Part shown: one piece after another, positions 39,213 through 51,990 of the stretch
How the letters are laid out: each line of letters begins with the position of its first letter
How positions within the stretch are numbered: the stretch's first letter is position 1
NCBI GenBank assembly: GCA_028534125.1
Contig: CM052817.1
Coordinates: forward strand, 42,224,001-42,288,000
DNA: 64,000 nucleotides
Direction of reading: 5' to 3'
From: Lama glama
Taxonomy: Eukaryota
The notes under the pieces: generated by a model
What the model was told of the DNA's origin: nothing
Seen by the model: the letters and a program-made list of their open reading frames with translations, nothing else
Databases searched by the model: none
Made by a program: the position numbers and the translations under genes

Positions 39213-40066
39213 GTAAATGAGTGCCTAATGAGTGATGTGGATGGTTTTTTTTTTTTTTCTGTATTTGGATATTATCCCCCAATTTGATCAATGACATTAT
39301 TATTAGATAACTGTGATACCTCTGTATTGACTTTTGCATTTTTGAAAATCATTTGTTATTTTTTATCTTATGATTTCTTTCACATGCTAGAGGAATGGGA
39401 CCTTCACATATTGATGAACATAGACTGGCCATCAGGATCAATAGTACATAGAGATTTAATTTACTTTTTATAGCAATATATCAGTAGTTCTGACATCACT
39501 TATTTTATTTACAAAACGTTGGAAGATCCAAGCTAGCAGTTTAGATATTATTACTTTCTCCAAAACGATTGTTACTTTTGTATTACCGTTAGCCAAAATT
39601 GTGTTGGCAACATGAAATACGGCATTGTACATTTGGAAAGCTTCTCAACTACCTATCTTTTTAGTACAAATTTCTCAGAATTCAGATTTACACATACATT
39701 GAGGCTTGAAGTGATTACTGAAATGTGGTCCTAATTTTAATGTCTTTTTATCTTTTAAAACATGAAATGATGAATAGATTTGTAAAAGACAAATGATGCT
39801 CATAGTTAAGGAGTAAACTTCTGATAACCTAGCAAAATAAGGTAGGTTTCTCAAATTGTGGAGTGGAAGGAGTCCCGATATTCCATAGCACTTCACCTGC
39901 AATGTATGCATGTAAGCATAAATATGACCACACGTGCTATATGTTTTTTATTACATTTCTTCTGTATCAATGGCATTATTTTGAAAAATGTTTAAATGTG
40001 AGCCAGTTCTAAGCAATATTTTAAGAAATTATTTCAACCCAGTTTTAAAAACTTGTATCTACATAG

Positions 40067-40180
<114 letters not shown>

Positions 40181-43100
40181 TAGAAGCTGCTAATCTGGAA
40201 TATGTATTTCTAGAACTATTAAGCCATGGCAACTGTACTGTTCACAATTCAATATCCTAATATCAGTTTTACTTAACACTGGGTCTTTTTATTTGGACAA
40301 GTTTTATTTCTCTGGAATAATCCTAGCCATTTCAAAACTATTCAAGAAGAACTGACTTTATTAGTCAAAGAACTGCATTGATGAGATCTCTGAATTCTAA
40401 AGGGCAAAACAAAGTTAGGGTTTTTCTCACTATTTTGGAAAAAATTATTGCCGAGAACATCCAGTTTGAAGAAGCGAGCTACTTAAAGTTACAACAATGC
40501 TTGTCTTTGAAAAGATCCAATAGTTATGTATTGTTTGAGGAGAAAAATGTCAAAATAGTATGTCCATGAGCTTATCACAAATGTTGAGGAAGTACATTTA
40601 AAGCTTTTTTTTACAGCTTATAGTTATCACTTATGAATGATCATAATTAATATTAAATATCATTTATAGAACGTATTGAATTTTTAGACTGAATGTGGAT
40701 TAAAATTGAACTTAAGTATTATATCTTAAAAATCAAATTTTTACCACCACAGAAATATTTTTCAAAGTGATGCATTAATTAATAATAAGGAATCACTGCC
40801 AGCCCTAAGCCCTTGACAACAAGATAGACAGGCCAGCATCTCACCCCAAGGAGCAACTGGAGGAATTTTCTCATTGAAATATTGACTGTATTATTAAACA
40901 CAAATCCTGGCTTTTCCTTATTAGTTATTCTTTAATTTTGCTTCTTGATAAGAAGGAGTTTTTGTTTTGCAATCATTGCACATGTCTCCTTACTGTCATA
41001 TCAGCTTTGTCCCATTACTGCCAGAAAAAATCAATAAGCTAATTAACAACCTCACAACTGTTGCAATTTTCCCTTTTTATACATTTCAATAAAATTCAGA
41101 TTCCCAAGGAGAGTTTCCCATTTGCAGAATAAATTTCAGTATTCTTCAGAAGAAGCCCAGACTTTCTTAACATGGTTATCATTACCAGAGTGGCTAAAGA
41201 AGTCATCCGAGAGTGGTTCTTATTTTCTTGATCACATTAGATCTTAAAATAATGCACATTTTCCTAAGAGCTTGCCACTTTATTGCTGAAATATTCTCTG
41301 AGACAGGTATCTCATTGCCAATAAGCCATGGAAAAGGTGGGCGCTAGAACCTATTAAATTTGTCTTTTGGAGAAGATTGTGCATGTGTTTGCATGTGAGT
41401 AATTGAGAACACCACACAGTACAAGAGAACATGGCTAGGCTAGCTCTTGTTGCTTGACACAGAAGGAGGGTCATTTTCCTTCCATTTGCCTTTGTTGTGT
41501 CATTCTAGGCTTGGAGGGTTGGGGAAAGAGTGGATTGGAGGTATAAAAAAAAAGTCACACTTGTATAAAATTGTTACATATGAATATCTAAATATGATCT
41601 GTCACAGCTTATTTTTAGTTTATTTAGTCTCGTTCCAAAATGTGTGTGTAAAAAGATGTATGCAAGGGGAAAAAGAGTTTGACAGGAAATAGCACAACAT
41701 GTTAGTAGCTTTCTCTTGATGGAGTGATTTTCAGTTTGTGTTCTAGAGTTCCCTGTTCCCAACTTATTTGACAGTGAGCTTGTGCTGATTTATATTCAGA
41801 ATAATAAACTTAATTCCATTTTGAAAGCCACACATACAAAATACCACGTGACAGTGAGATTCAGATATATTAGTTCTTGCTCAAAACACTAAGAACTGTG
41901 GCAGATTTTTGTTACTCCAACATTCCAGTGTTCCAAAGATTGAGAACTTTTTTCTACAGAAAATGAAAGCATATGTATGAGCTCATAAATGGGTCCTGAC
42001 TTAGAAGGAATATTATTGGAATATGTGCAGGAAAGCCAAGGGCTCATGAACATTCTTGAGTAACTCACATTTCAAGTGGTAAGAGTTATTGACTCTTATT
42101 TTTAATTTTAGATGTAACTGAATTTTATTTAAATTTAATTGGAATGTATTTGTTTGTGTTTTTATTTGTTGACTCTTAATTAATATGAAATTACATTGCC
42201 TTTCCTTTTTAACTGAAGAAAATTTATGAAAAGGACTCACTATTAGTAAGTTGGCATCCATTTTAGTCATAGATAATTTTGGCTACATTTTATGGAGTGC
42301 TCCATCAATGAGATGGAAATGAGAATGAAAGTGAAGGAAAAAGTGAAAAGTAAATATGGGCATCACAAAGGGGAAACACGGTGCATAAAAATACACAATA
42401 AAAAATAAACTGAGAATTAAGCATCATGAGACTTTCTCAAACATGAACTTATTTAAACTTGGAGAGGAAAAATAGAAACATAATTTGTTTTAAAACCATG
42501 CCTGTTTAAACCTGGAAAGTGTTTTCCTTTAAAAAATACCTTAAACTTGGGAAAAGTAAATGGAATTTTAGAAATTACCAGTACATTTGAATTAAAGAAT
42601 AAATCTTCATAACTAATGTTATTTTAAGCCAGTATAGGAATTTTACATAGAATTTTTTTTCTTACTCCTCCTTTACATTAAATATTTAAACACTGTGGTA
42701 ATGGCAATTTGCAGAAAGCTGGAACTGAGCTGATGTTAATAACAGCTGCTAGCACAACTGATCCACAATACCTAATGACTTCAAATGTGTGTTTCTGCCA
42801 ATTCAGCGTGAAACTGTTTTTGTTTCTTTTCTCAATTCTGAAATTGCTCCTTTTATGATACAACCTCCCAGCCATCCAAATATGCTCTGGAAATTATGGA
42901 ATTTCATTGTTTATCATGAAAAAGCCAAGTAGAATTGGAAAATTTTAGCTATCAAGCTTGCACTCTTCTTTCATGGTAAAAAGTCAGATGTATTAATTCT
43001 GTTAAGGCTGCCTTTAACAATCTGTTCTTCTTCTTCTATCCTTTTTGACTATCAGTGTGGTCAAACTAAAATATTAAAATGTATACATAAAAGTGTGTAT

Positions 43101-44654
43101 ATATATTTAATTGTTTTTAAGAGTTTTAGGAGAGCTCTATAAAGTGTTTCTTAGTTTTCGACTTTGAGATTGAGAGGAGTTGTATTGTTTCATGGTGATA
43201 GTGGTGATGATGAAACAGCTGCTTCATATGAAGTAACACTCAGGGATTTATTTACTGCATTTCCTTTGACCTCAACAACTATATTATAAGTTTAGTCCTT
43301 TGATAGTTGAGTCCCTAGAAATGCCACATTGGGTCAGAACTCTAGTTCAACGATCTTTGTGTTCTTTATCTGAGAATACAGTGCCGGTGAGACTTGGAGA
43401 AAGAATACGATTATATTAGCTCTATGATATCCACCATGATATTGGGGCTAGTTAAAATCTAAGTTAAAAAATCTATAATTTCCAAATGAATCTACGTTTT
43501 ATCTACTTATATTTCTACTCCGAATGTCTTCTTTGAGTTATGACATTCCTATGCTTATTTAACCATGTATCTTCTTTTGTTTTTGTTTTTTTCCCTTAAA
43601 ATTGAGACAACAACTCCAAGAGATGTATCCTGGTTCTGGTGGTTTTTAGTTCAATTTAGCTATATCTAAAGATTTGTAAAGTTTAATTTATCTAGGTGAA
43701 GACACTGTGATTTGAAAGAGAAGGTCATTTCTCTGGAAAGAAAGCCAACTATCTAGCTCTAAAGGTTTAATGGTGTTTAAAACAATTTTAACAACCTCAT
43801 AAAGAACATGCTAATACCACTGATCACACTGAAAGATACAGATACGTTTTAATGACTCAACAGGGTCCACTTGAAATTGAAAACCTATTCTAAAACTGTA
43901 ATTAAAAAAAAGGTAAAAACATCTAAGTAAGCCTTATCAAAAAGGTATGAATGGTTCTTTCTGTGAACAGTAGCCATCTGTATTCCCACCCCTTAATTCA
44001 GGTCATTAAACTACTTTAAAAAGTGTTTAATCATTTTTTTTTCCTTTGTAGAAATCACTTAACTCTGGTGAGTCACTATGTGCCCTGCACAGAACTCCCT
44101 GTTTCTTTTTAGAACTTCACTTATCTTTGTCTTCTTTGGTAATGTCCTTGGTTTTTAGACTTCCCTACTGCTCCTGGTAGGACAAAGCCTTCCTGCAGGG
44201 GCCGCATCCTCTTTACATGCCCACATTTGCAAACATTTGGCCCAGATTTAGCCAATTTTCATTGAAAAATGAACATCATTTGACCTTGTTGTTTTTCAAT
44301 ATCCAGAGATTTCAGAGAAGGGAATTTCCTAAAATTTGTGAGATTCCCTGGTGTCTCTGAATTTTTTCTCTTCACAGCCTAGCCTTTTCAGATTTGCCTT
44401 CCTCCATGAAAAATAAATGTGTCAAGTTACCATACTCATAGGAGTAGAGGAACTAAAGACTGAAAGCTACTTTAGAAAGTTGATCTTTACAAAATTGAAG
44501 AAAAACATTTATAATTATTTTACTTCCAAAGGCTAAATGTTTAAATCATACTTTTTTGCCATAGATTCAATAGACAGCTTGGAAGGAACAACTGACTCCT
44601 TTGTATAAAATATATTTGTAAAATTCAAACCTTATTTATTACCCATTTCAGACT

Positions 44655-44845
44655 ACATATGTTCAAATCCCTGTCCTGCCACTTACTAGTTGTGTGGCTT
44701 TGGGCATGTCACTTAACCTTTCTGTGTCTCAGTTCCTCATCTGAAAGAAAAAAGTACAGTATCCATCTCATTGCATTTTGGTATGGATTAAATGCAGACT
44801 GGCACATGAAATCATTCAGTAAATGCTAATTATTGCCATCATTAT
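44655..44845 (+). mobile_element. MIR SINE
   Basis: gttcaaatccctgtcctgccacttactagttgtgtggctttgggcatgtcacttaacctttctgtgtctcagttcctcatctg. Confidence 0.85.
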
Positions 44846-45231
44846 CGTCTGTTTCCCCCAGTGCCATCAGTATATATGGGTATGTGTTTAGCTGGAAGGA
44901 GAACATACTTCATTAGAGAATAGAATTACACACTGTGATGCACTTCATACATACCCCAAAAATTAACTCCTTATTTGAAACAGTGGAGAAATGGTTGCAT
45001 CAATTTAATTGACGCCAGATTTTTTACAAAGGGTCTCCATTTCTAGGATGTTAATATTAAGTACCTAAGGAGTGGTGAGAAACCTATTAAACCTCCCAAG
45101 CGGAGGAGTTTGGAGTTAGGATGCCTGTTCATCTTTGACTCTGAGGTGGTGAACCAATGAGCCAGCTAAACAAGAACTTGTTCCTCTAGGCCACTCTGCG
45201 TCTGATACTAGTATTTCCCATTGTTTTAAAG

Positions 45232-45399
45232 GTCCGCTGGGGTGATAAAGGATCTACCGAGGAAGGTGCAAGGCTAGAGAAAGCCAAAAATGCTGTGGTG
45301 ACGATTCCCGAAGAACCAGAGGAACCCGTCAGGCCCAGACCACCCCGACCCAAACCCACACACCAGCCTCCTCAGACAAAGTGGTACACGCCGATTAAG
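45232..45399 (+). CDS. ANTXR2: ANTXR2 coding exon (exon 15), [56 protein letters not shown]
   Basis: AAG acceptor ending at 45231, GTGACT donor at 45400, 168 bp. Overlaps supplied ORF 45295..45621. Confidence 0.98.
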
Positions 45400-45710
45400 G
45401 TGACTGTCCAAACTTTGTGGGATTTCAGTGCAACTTTCTGGCAAAGCTGTGGCCCCTTTAGTCTCCCTGCCCCCATTTATCTGAAGGAGGACCGAGGTAC
45501 ATCAAATAGCAGACATTCAGTTCACCTTATAGCAAGTGAACAATTTCTGGGCAACAGGAAACTCCATTGCTGTTATTTATTTATTCGTCTAACTTACGAA
45601 AGAAATGAGAGTAGAGAATAAGGCTTTACCCTCTTCACTTCAGTGCACCTATTTAGCAAACCGGTGTGGAGCACACTCCCCCAGAATTGACAAATCCCGT
45701 CTCCCCCCAG

Positions 45711-45791
45711 GGTCGGCTGGACGCACTCTGGGCTCTGTTGCGGCGGCAGTACGACCGGGTTTCCTTGATGCGACCTCAGGAAGGAGATGAG
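45711..45791 (+). CDS. ANTXR2: ANTXR2 coding exon (exon 16), [27 protein letters not shown]
   Basis: ctccccccAG acceptor ending at 45710, GTTTGT donor at 45792, 81 bp. Identical to the recalled human peptide. Confidence 0.98.
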
Positions 45792-45866
45792 GTTTGTATG
45801 TGGGGACGTGCTGGGAAAATTCTGACCCTGGCCTCACGGGTCTGTGTGACGAAGGCAGTGAAATAA
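45792..45866 (+). CDS. ANTXR2: Possible alternative C-terminus by read-through of the exon 16 donor ([24 protein letters not shown]), counterpart of the human CMG2-489 tail
   Basis: The frame stays open to TAA at 45864-45866. It begins VCMW versus recalled human VCIWECIEKELTA. AATAAA lies at 45949-45954. No expression evidence. Confidence 0.45.
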   Translation, partial: VCMWGRAGKILTLASRVCVTKAVK

Positions 45867-47994
45867 TAATCAAAAAGAATCTAAAGTCCTCATTACAGTC
45901 AAGGAAGGAATTATTGTCTCGTGCAAATTCCTGTTCGGTAGAGTGCTTAATAAATGATTCTCTATTGTTAGAATATGTCTTTAAACGCTGTGCTTTAACA
46001 CAAGGACTTTTTCAAGTAACGCAAAAATTAAGATCCACTGTACACATACTGTAATAAGCACCCTCGTCACTCTAGCCTTTGACTTGGATGACATCGGGTT
46101 CTGAGGTTTACCCAGTGGGCACGTGCCTCAGAGTCTCCGCTGCTTTAGGTATAAATAGGTATTTTCCTGCCTCCAGCATTTGATTTAATCTAATTTCTTG
46201 TCTATATGAAAGTGCCTTTAACGTTATGAAGCATTGTGGAAGTCTGCAGTGGTGAGATACACACATTTATGTATAAAAATACATACATACACACACACAT
46301 ATATGTTATGCATTTTCCCTATCAAGGAAGCCTATTTGAGGCTTTTTTTTTTCTTTTTGGAAATTCGGCTAGAATTACTCTAGTTTTATAATTTCTGTAA
46401 TGTATCAGCTCTATTTCCTGTTGTATCCATATAAGAAAAATAGCTTAAAATTCATTCATATGTAACAGTGGGCAGGTTTGTTTCAGAGACAGGACACTGT
46501 TAGCAATAATAACAGAACTGTTTCATTATGTGTCAATGTGATCATCATTCTGTGTTAACAAGTGCATGATCTTCATTCATCTCAGCTTCAGAGCATTGTA
46601 GCTTATTCAGGTTAGATAGGCTCATTTTTAAGGGTGAAATAATTGATGAAATTAATACTTACTTTACAATGCCATGTTATCTTTAGTGATTCTAGCTTGA
46701 TATCAAAAATACAAAAACGTCAATTTTAAGATTTTACTTCTATGAAACGGAGGTAATCTTGACAACATCTGAGTTCAGCCATTTAGAAAAGCAATTTGAG
46801 AAAATAGTCCTGGCATATTCCTAACAGATCATTTACCCTTTGCTAGGACCAGAGGTAGAGAGAACCAGGTGGGTTGTGAAGCAGCCTCTTTCATTACCAA
46901 ACCAACGCGATTAACAGAAATTTCTTATATGTAATGAAATCTGTGCCTGTGTTTCAATTTATGCACCGTCAGGAGTTCTGCTTCTGGAACAACATATAAC
47001 AACTCTATTCGTCAATACGCTAGACTTTCACTTTGAAGGTTTTAAAATTGTTTTCATGATCATCTTAGTTTTCTCTCCTTCATGTTAGACATTTGTTCAT
47101 TTGCTCAATAATTTTCATCTTTTTAAGTGTGGGGTATCATGCTAGCCCTGAAGATGTATTAGCAAAAACAGAGAGTGGTTCCAGAACCCTTGTCAATACT
47201 TTCTATATTTTTTAATTCTTATGATTGAAATTTTGTTTGCTTTTATCATTTGTAGTAATTTTGACTAAATTCAAAAATTTTTGGATTATAAATATGCACA
47301 AGTAATGGCATCAGGTAAAATTGGGGAGGTGGGTACGAACTATAGACTTTGCCCTTAAGAAACCTGAAATTTTTGGGGGGAAATGAGACAGATACAAAAA
47401 TAAAATTTATTCCAGAATCTGGACTGGGTCATACCAGAGGTAGGTATCAAGTACTTCTGAGTGCAGAGTGAAGAGAGATTAACTCTCCCTGGAGGAATTT
47501 GGGAATGCTTATTAAAAAATATAGGCCTTCTATCTTTGAAAATGGGTAGGGTTTCATCAGGTGGAGTTAGGTGCAATGCGTATTTCCACGGATGCAACAT
47601 CATAAGCAAAATCTCTGAGGCAGCCGAGAACAGTGATTTGTGGATTACAAGACAGTCTGAGGGCCGGGGATTAAACCACAATGATAGGCTGGGAACAGAA
47701 GAGAAGAAATCTTTGAGTTTGCATAAACTGATAAATTTGTGCTTTTGAATGATGCATTATACTCATTCATTCATTCAACAAATATTTATCTGGTGTCTAA
47801 CATGTACCCAGCACTTCGTTAGATACCAAGTAAATCTAACATTCTTCTTAAATTATAGTGCTAGAATATTCTCCATGTTGCCCCACCAGGTAAAGCATTA
47901 TTTTTCCATGGTTGAAGGAAGAGTAATGCTTGCATTATTTAGACTGTTTCCTTTGTTTTTTAGTAATTTGATTACACTTTTGTCTGATATACCC

Positions 47995-48295
47995 TTAAAG
48001 CCTTTTATTCTGACTCTTGAGGTTAAATTTTTTCAAAATTGAGAATTTTTCAGATTTTAGGGATCTGGTATAGTCCATATATATTATGTAAAGCATCATC
48101 TAATCTCATTATTGAGACATTCTGCTTCAGAAATATTAATTACTGCAAGTGAATAAATACAGACTAGATACTCTTAGGTCAGTTCAGGTCAGATTTTGCT
48201 TCCAAATGTATTTTGGTGACAAACTTAACATGAAACTTTCAGTTTTCAAAGATTGTGTATTTCAAAACTATAGATAAAAGATTGTAAATCTTTAC
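47995..48295 (-). mobile_element. Tigger-type DNA transposon remnant (MER46C-like)
   Basis: gtcagttcaggtcagattttgcttccaaatgtattttggtgacaaactta resembles the recalled consensus. Boundaries approximate. Confidence 0.55.
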
Positions 48296-50761
48296 TGTGT
48301 GTTGTTAACTAAAATTCCACTTTTTCACTCTTCACCTATATATGTGATTTATGATTTTTAACTTGTTTTTATTTAAATGCAGGACTTTAAGCTTAGAAAA
48401 TATCAATTGCTGCTCAATTAATTGATTTGTTTTTCCATCAAATATACATTATGATTCTGTGTGTGCCTGACACAGTCTGACGTAATTTCTCTTCATAATA
48501 CCTATCCTTGATAGCCTTACTGCTTCCGAAAATTTGTCAACTGTAAATTTTCATCACTTATTTCAAGCCATGGTTAAAACCTCAATGGGGTACTCCATGG
48601 GAACCTTCCTCACAGGTTGACACTCTGCACAGTTAATTGACAGTAATATGGTAAAGCTAGGAGCCCACCCAATAGTATAAACTCACTTTACTGTCTTATT
48701 CACAAGGATATTTAATAAATTGTGTTAAATAGTTTTTATTCCCCCATCCAACCAAACCAGTGATGCAAAATGATCATGGAAATCAGGTAACCATGGCATG
48801 ATTTGCTCTAAGCTTCTGATTCCTGCTATGATCCTTTATAATATTTATTATTTTTTTAGACTGAAGTTTGATGTCAAATCTATAGTTATCAGCATAAAAC
48901 TGTTTTCCTCTAGACAACATGGTAAATCTCTGCCCTCCCTTCTTTTTTACTTCCCATTTCCCCATTTTTCATGTTTCAGAAAGATTATTAATAATATCTA
49001 AGTTTCTGTCAACTCCACATCATCTACCAGGTCCTCTTTACTTGATAGAATTAATTCCAATATAAACTTCCCATCCCATACACATACATAACTATAATCT
49101 GTATTTTTTCAGAGATTATAAAATTACCTAGTGAGTCATCCGAATACTTTGGCAGAATTAGTGTTCTGTACGTTACTAAGACAACTAAAGCATCCCAATG
49201 TTTTTTATATGTTTACATTATTTTTTAGGCAGCCGTTATACTATTTCCATCACATGATCTCTAGAATGCTTTCCTCCCTGACCTTCCTTCCTTCCTTCTT
49301 TCCTTCCTTCCTTCTATGCCTTCATCCATCTTCTTTTTTCCTCTTTGTTTCTTTCAAGCACATTTACCTCCACTAGGCTCTCACTTTCACAGTTGCTAAT
49401 TTCTTATACCAGTTTGTGCATTTCTTATATGCTATGCTAATTTTCTTCTTGGCTTCTTTTTCTGAATGAAGCCTTTCAATTGCTCTATTCTTTTCCTCTG
49501 GAGCGTAATAAATATCATTATTGATAAGGCCAACCTATGGGACTCTGTGATGCCCCAAAGAATCTGCACCAAATAGGATGCTTAATTATATTAAATATTT
49601 GGTGAATTTTACTTAAAAGGCTTTATAATAACCATAATACATCAAGTAATATTATCCAAAAATAATATTTAATTAGGTGTCTAAATAAAATCGTATTTGC
49701 ATGGTGCATGGCATAATCTGTACTCACACTCTAGCACCCCACAAATTTTATTTACAAAAAAGAACATATAATATTTTAAAACTTCTAGTGCTTTTTTTTT
49801 TTTTTTGCTTCAGAGTGTCTTTCATTTAATAAACTTGATTTACCTAGTAAGAAATTGAGGACCCAAAGGCAGAAAGAGAACAAGGGACTCAGAGCATATT
49901 TGGCACAGCTAATTTTGATGTATGATGTTAAGATGAGATGATTTGCTTTGGTAATGCTTTATCTATGCATGAGAAGAAGACCATGGCTCACTGTTACCTT
50001 CTATTTATTGTGGCTAATTAGTTAAGCCCTCAAAAATTAAACTGTCTGAACTCTACGGTTTTTACAAATTTAGTTTATATAGACATGGTTTGTCTCATAG
50101 GATTACATGGAGTAGAGAAAAATTTAAATTTGGGAGACTAAGATGTCCAAGTAGCAGTGTCCTCTAGCTTTCTGTCTATTCTTTGTGTTGAATTTTCTAG
50201 GCAAACCAGGGCATAATCACTGAATGAGAAAATTAGTCTTGTAGTTTTGGGGATAGCTTTAGATGTGACTGGGCTCCACAGCATAAGGAAGGGTAAAATT
50301 CTTTAACCTTAGAGGTCTTCAACCTTACTTCTCTGAAACAAATCAGCATTTGATTAAACTAATTTAAAATACTGAACCCAAACCACTCAAACTACTCATG
50401 AATGATTTCATATATATGTGTATACTATATATATATATGGTATATATAGAGACAGATATTGATTCTCACTGAGGTTTGTCTCTGCATATCAAATAATTCA
50501 TTGGTACAAATGTTATTAGCTACTTAAAGACAATTCTTTTTGAAAGAAACTTTCTTATCAATATATACATTGGTGAATAAATTTTGCAAATAATTTTGTT
50601 ATTTTCCTGTGCTTGTAAAGGTGTGTTTACATTTGATTATGCTTTTTATGAAATGTGTGCATGATGGTTTAAGAGGGATGTATGTGTATAAAGCATGTGT
50701 ACATTGTAGAAATTAGGAGGACTTTTGAAAACATTTTCTTATCTTTGGATATGGATGCAGG

Positions 50762-50962
50762 TTTTTTGTTTTTGTTTTTTTTTAAGTACAGTCAATTACA
50801 ATGTGTCAGTTTCTGGTGTACAGCACAATGTCCCAGTCGTGCATATACATACATATATTTGTTTTCATATTCTTTTTTATTAAAGGTTATTATAAGATAT
50901 TGAGTATAGTTCCCAAAAAACTTGTTTTTTAAAATCTATTTTTATATATAGTGGCCAACATT
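50762..50962 (-). mobile_element. Young antisense LINE-1 3' fragment, camelid-like
   Basis: T-rich tail then aagtacagtcaattacaatgtgtcagtttctggtgtacagcacaatgtcccagtc. Degenerate TSD tgga(t/a)gcag on both sides. Confidence 0.85.
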
Positions 50963-51289
50963 TGGAAGCAGTTTGTTTTACTTTGCCAAGAAACAAACGA
51001 GAAAGCTTTGTCTTTTCTGAATATTAACGGAAGTAGCAGTCACACTCTTTCTTAAAAAGAAAAAAGACAACAAAATTTATGCTGCTTGAGAGACAATAAA
51101 ACACAATTGTTTTGAGGTTGTGGCTGATGGTTTCAAAATAATAGAACCTCTGCCTAGTCAACTGCCTGTTTTCTACGTTGGAAACCAATCTTGTCATTTA
51201 TTTATAAACTGTTTACTGCAGATTCTGCCTCTTGAGAGTTTAGTTTAGTAAACAAATCAGCGTACTTAGAACTAAACCCAGAGTCACGC

Positions 51290-51990
51290 ATATTTACTCT
51301 GCGAGTCCCGTCACGCTGAATTTCAAGCCAAATGCTCTCCTTTTATGGCTCAGAGGCCACAGCGGGCTCGTTTGCAGAACTCACTGCTGAACTGAAGTCC
51401 TTGATCAAGTAACTGAAGTTCAGGCATAAAGTATCAAAGCGGCGCGAGAAACCTCTCGCTCTGCCCCCCGCTCCCGCCACCTTTCGGCGCCGCCAGCTCC
51501 TGCCAGGGTGGCTGGGTTGGCGGGCTGCACGCAGACCAGGCAGAGGCTTTGATTGTGGCTGCAGCTCCTCGGAGTCATAAATGTTTCAGCGCGCGGCGCG
51601 CGAAGGTCGGGCCGCGCGTCCAGGTGTAAGCTAGCAGGTTGTCGCCGACATCTGTTTGCGGCGGCGGCAGCGGCCTCCCCAGCCCGCAGCGAGCGGCCCG
51701 ATTGTCAGCGGAGGTAGTTGAGAGCGGCAGAACCGTTTTGGTCTCACACTCGCTGCCTGGAGGCCTGAAACACCAAAGGTAGGAGTGGGGGTGGACACAG
51801 CTGCGATCCCAAACTTGCCTTAGGCGCAAATAAAGAGATCTAATGCAGTTTGACTCCGTTGCGGTGGGGAGACAGGACAGAAAGCCACTTCAGAGACAAC
51901 TTAACGCTGCAACATCTGCCGCCAAGTTTCCAGGGAGTGACGGGGGACAGCAGGTACAGATCGGAGTCTCCACGTAAACAACCTCCATTA
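51290..51990. promoter_or_regulatory. Intragenic CpG island / candidate enhancer or internal promoter downstream of exon 16
   Basis: Abrupt GC-rich, CpG-dense stretch (for example gcgcgcggcgcgcgaaggtcgggccgcgcg at about 51589-51618) in an otherwise CpG-depleted window, not resembling a repeat I recognise. Confidence 0.8.

Noticed and set aside
45400..45621. Open frame continuing 73 codons into intron 15 (ORF 45295..45621)
   Set aside because: Canonical donor at 45400 and acceptor at 45710. The intronic peptide resembles nothing I recognise, and a stop-free run of this length can occur by chance.
51575..51829. 84-aa minus-strand ORF in the CpG island
   Set aside because: GC-rich sequence is depleted of stop codons. 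No recognisable homology or splice context.
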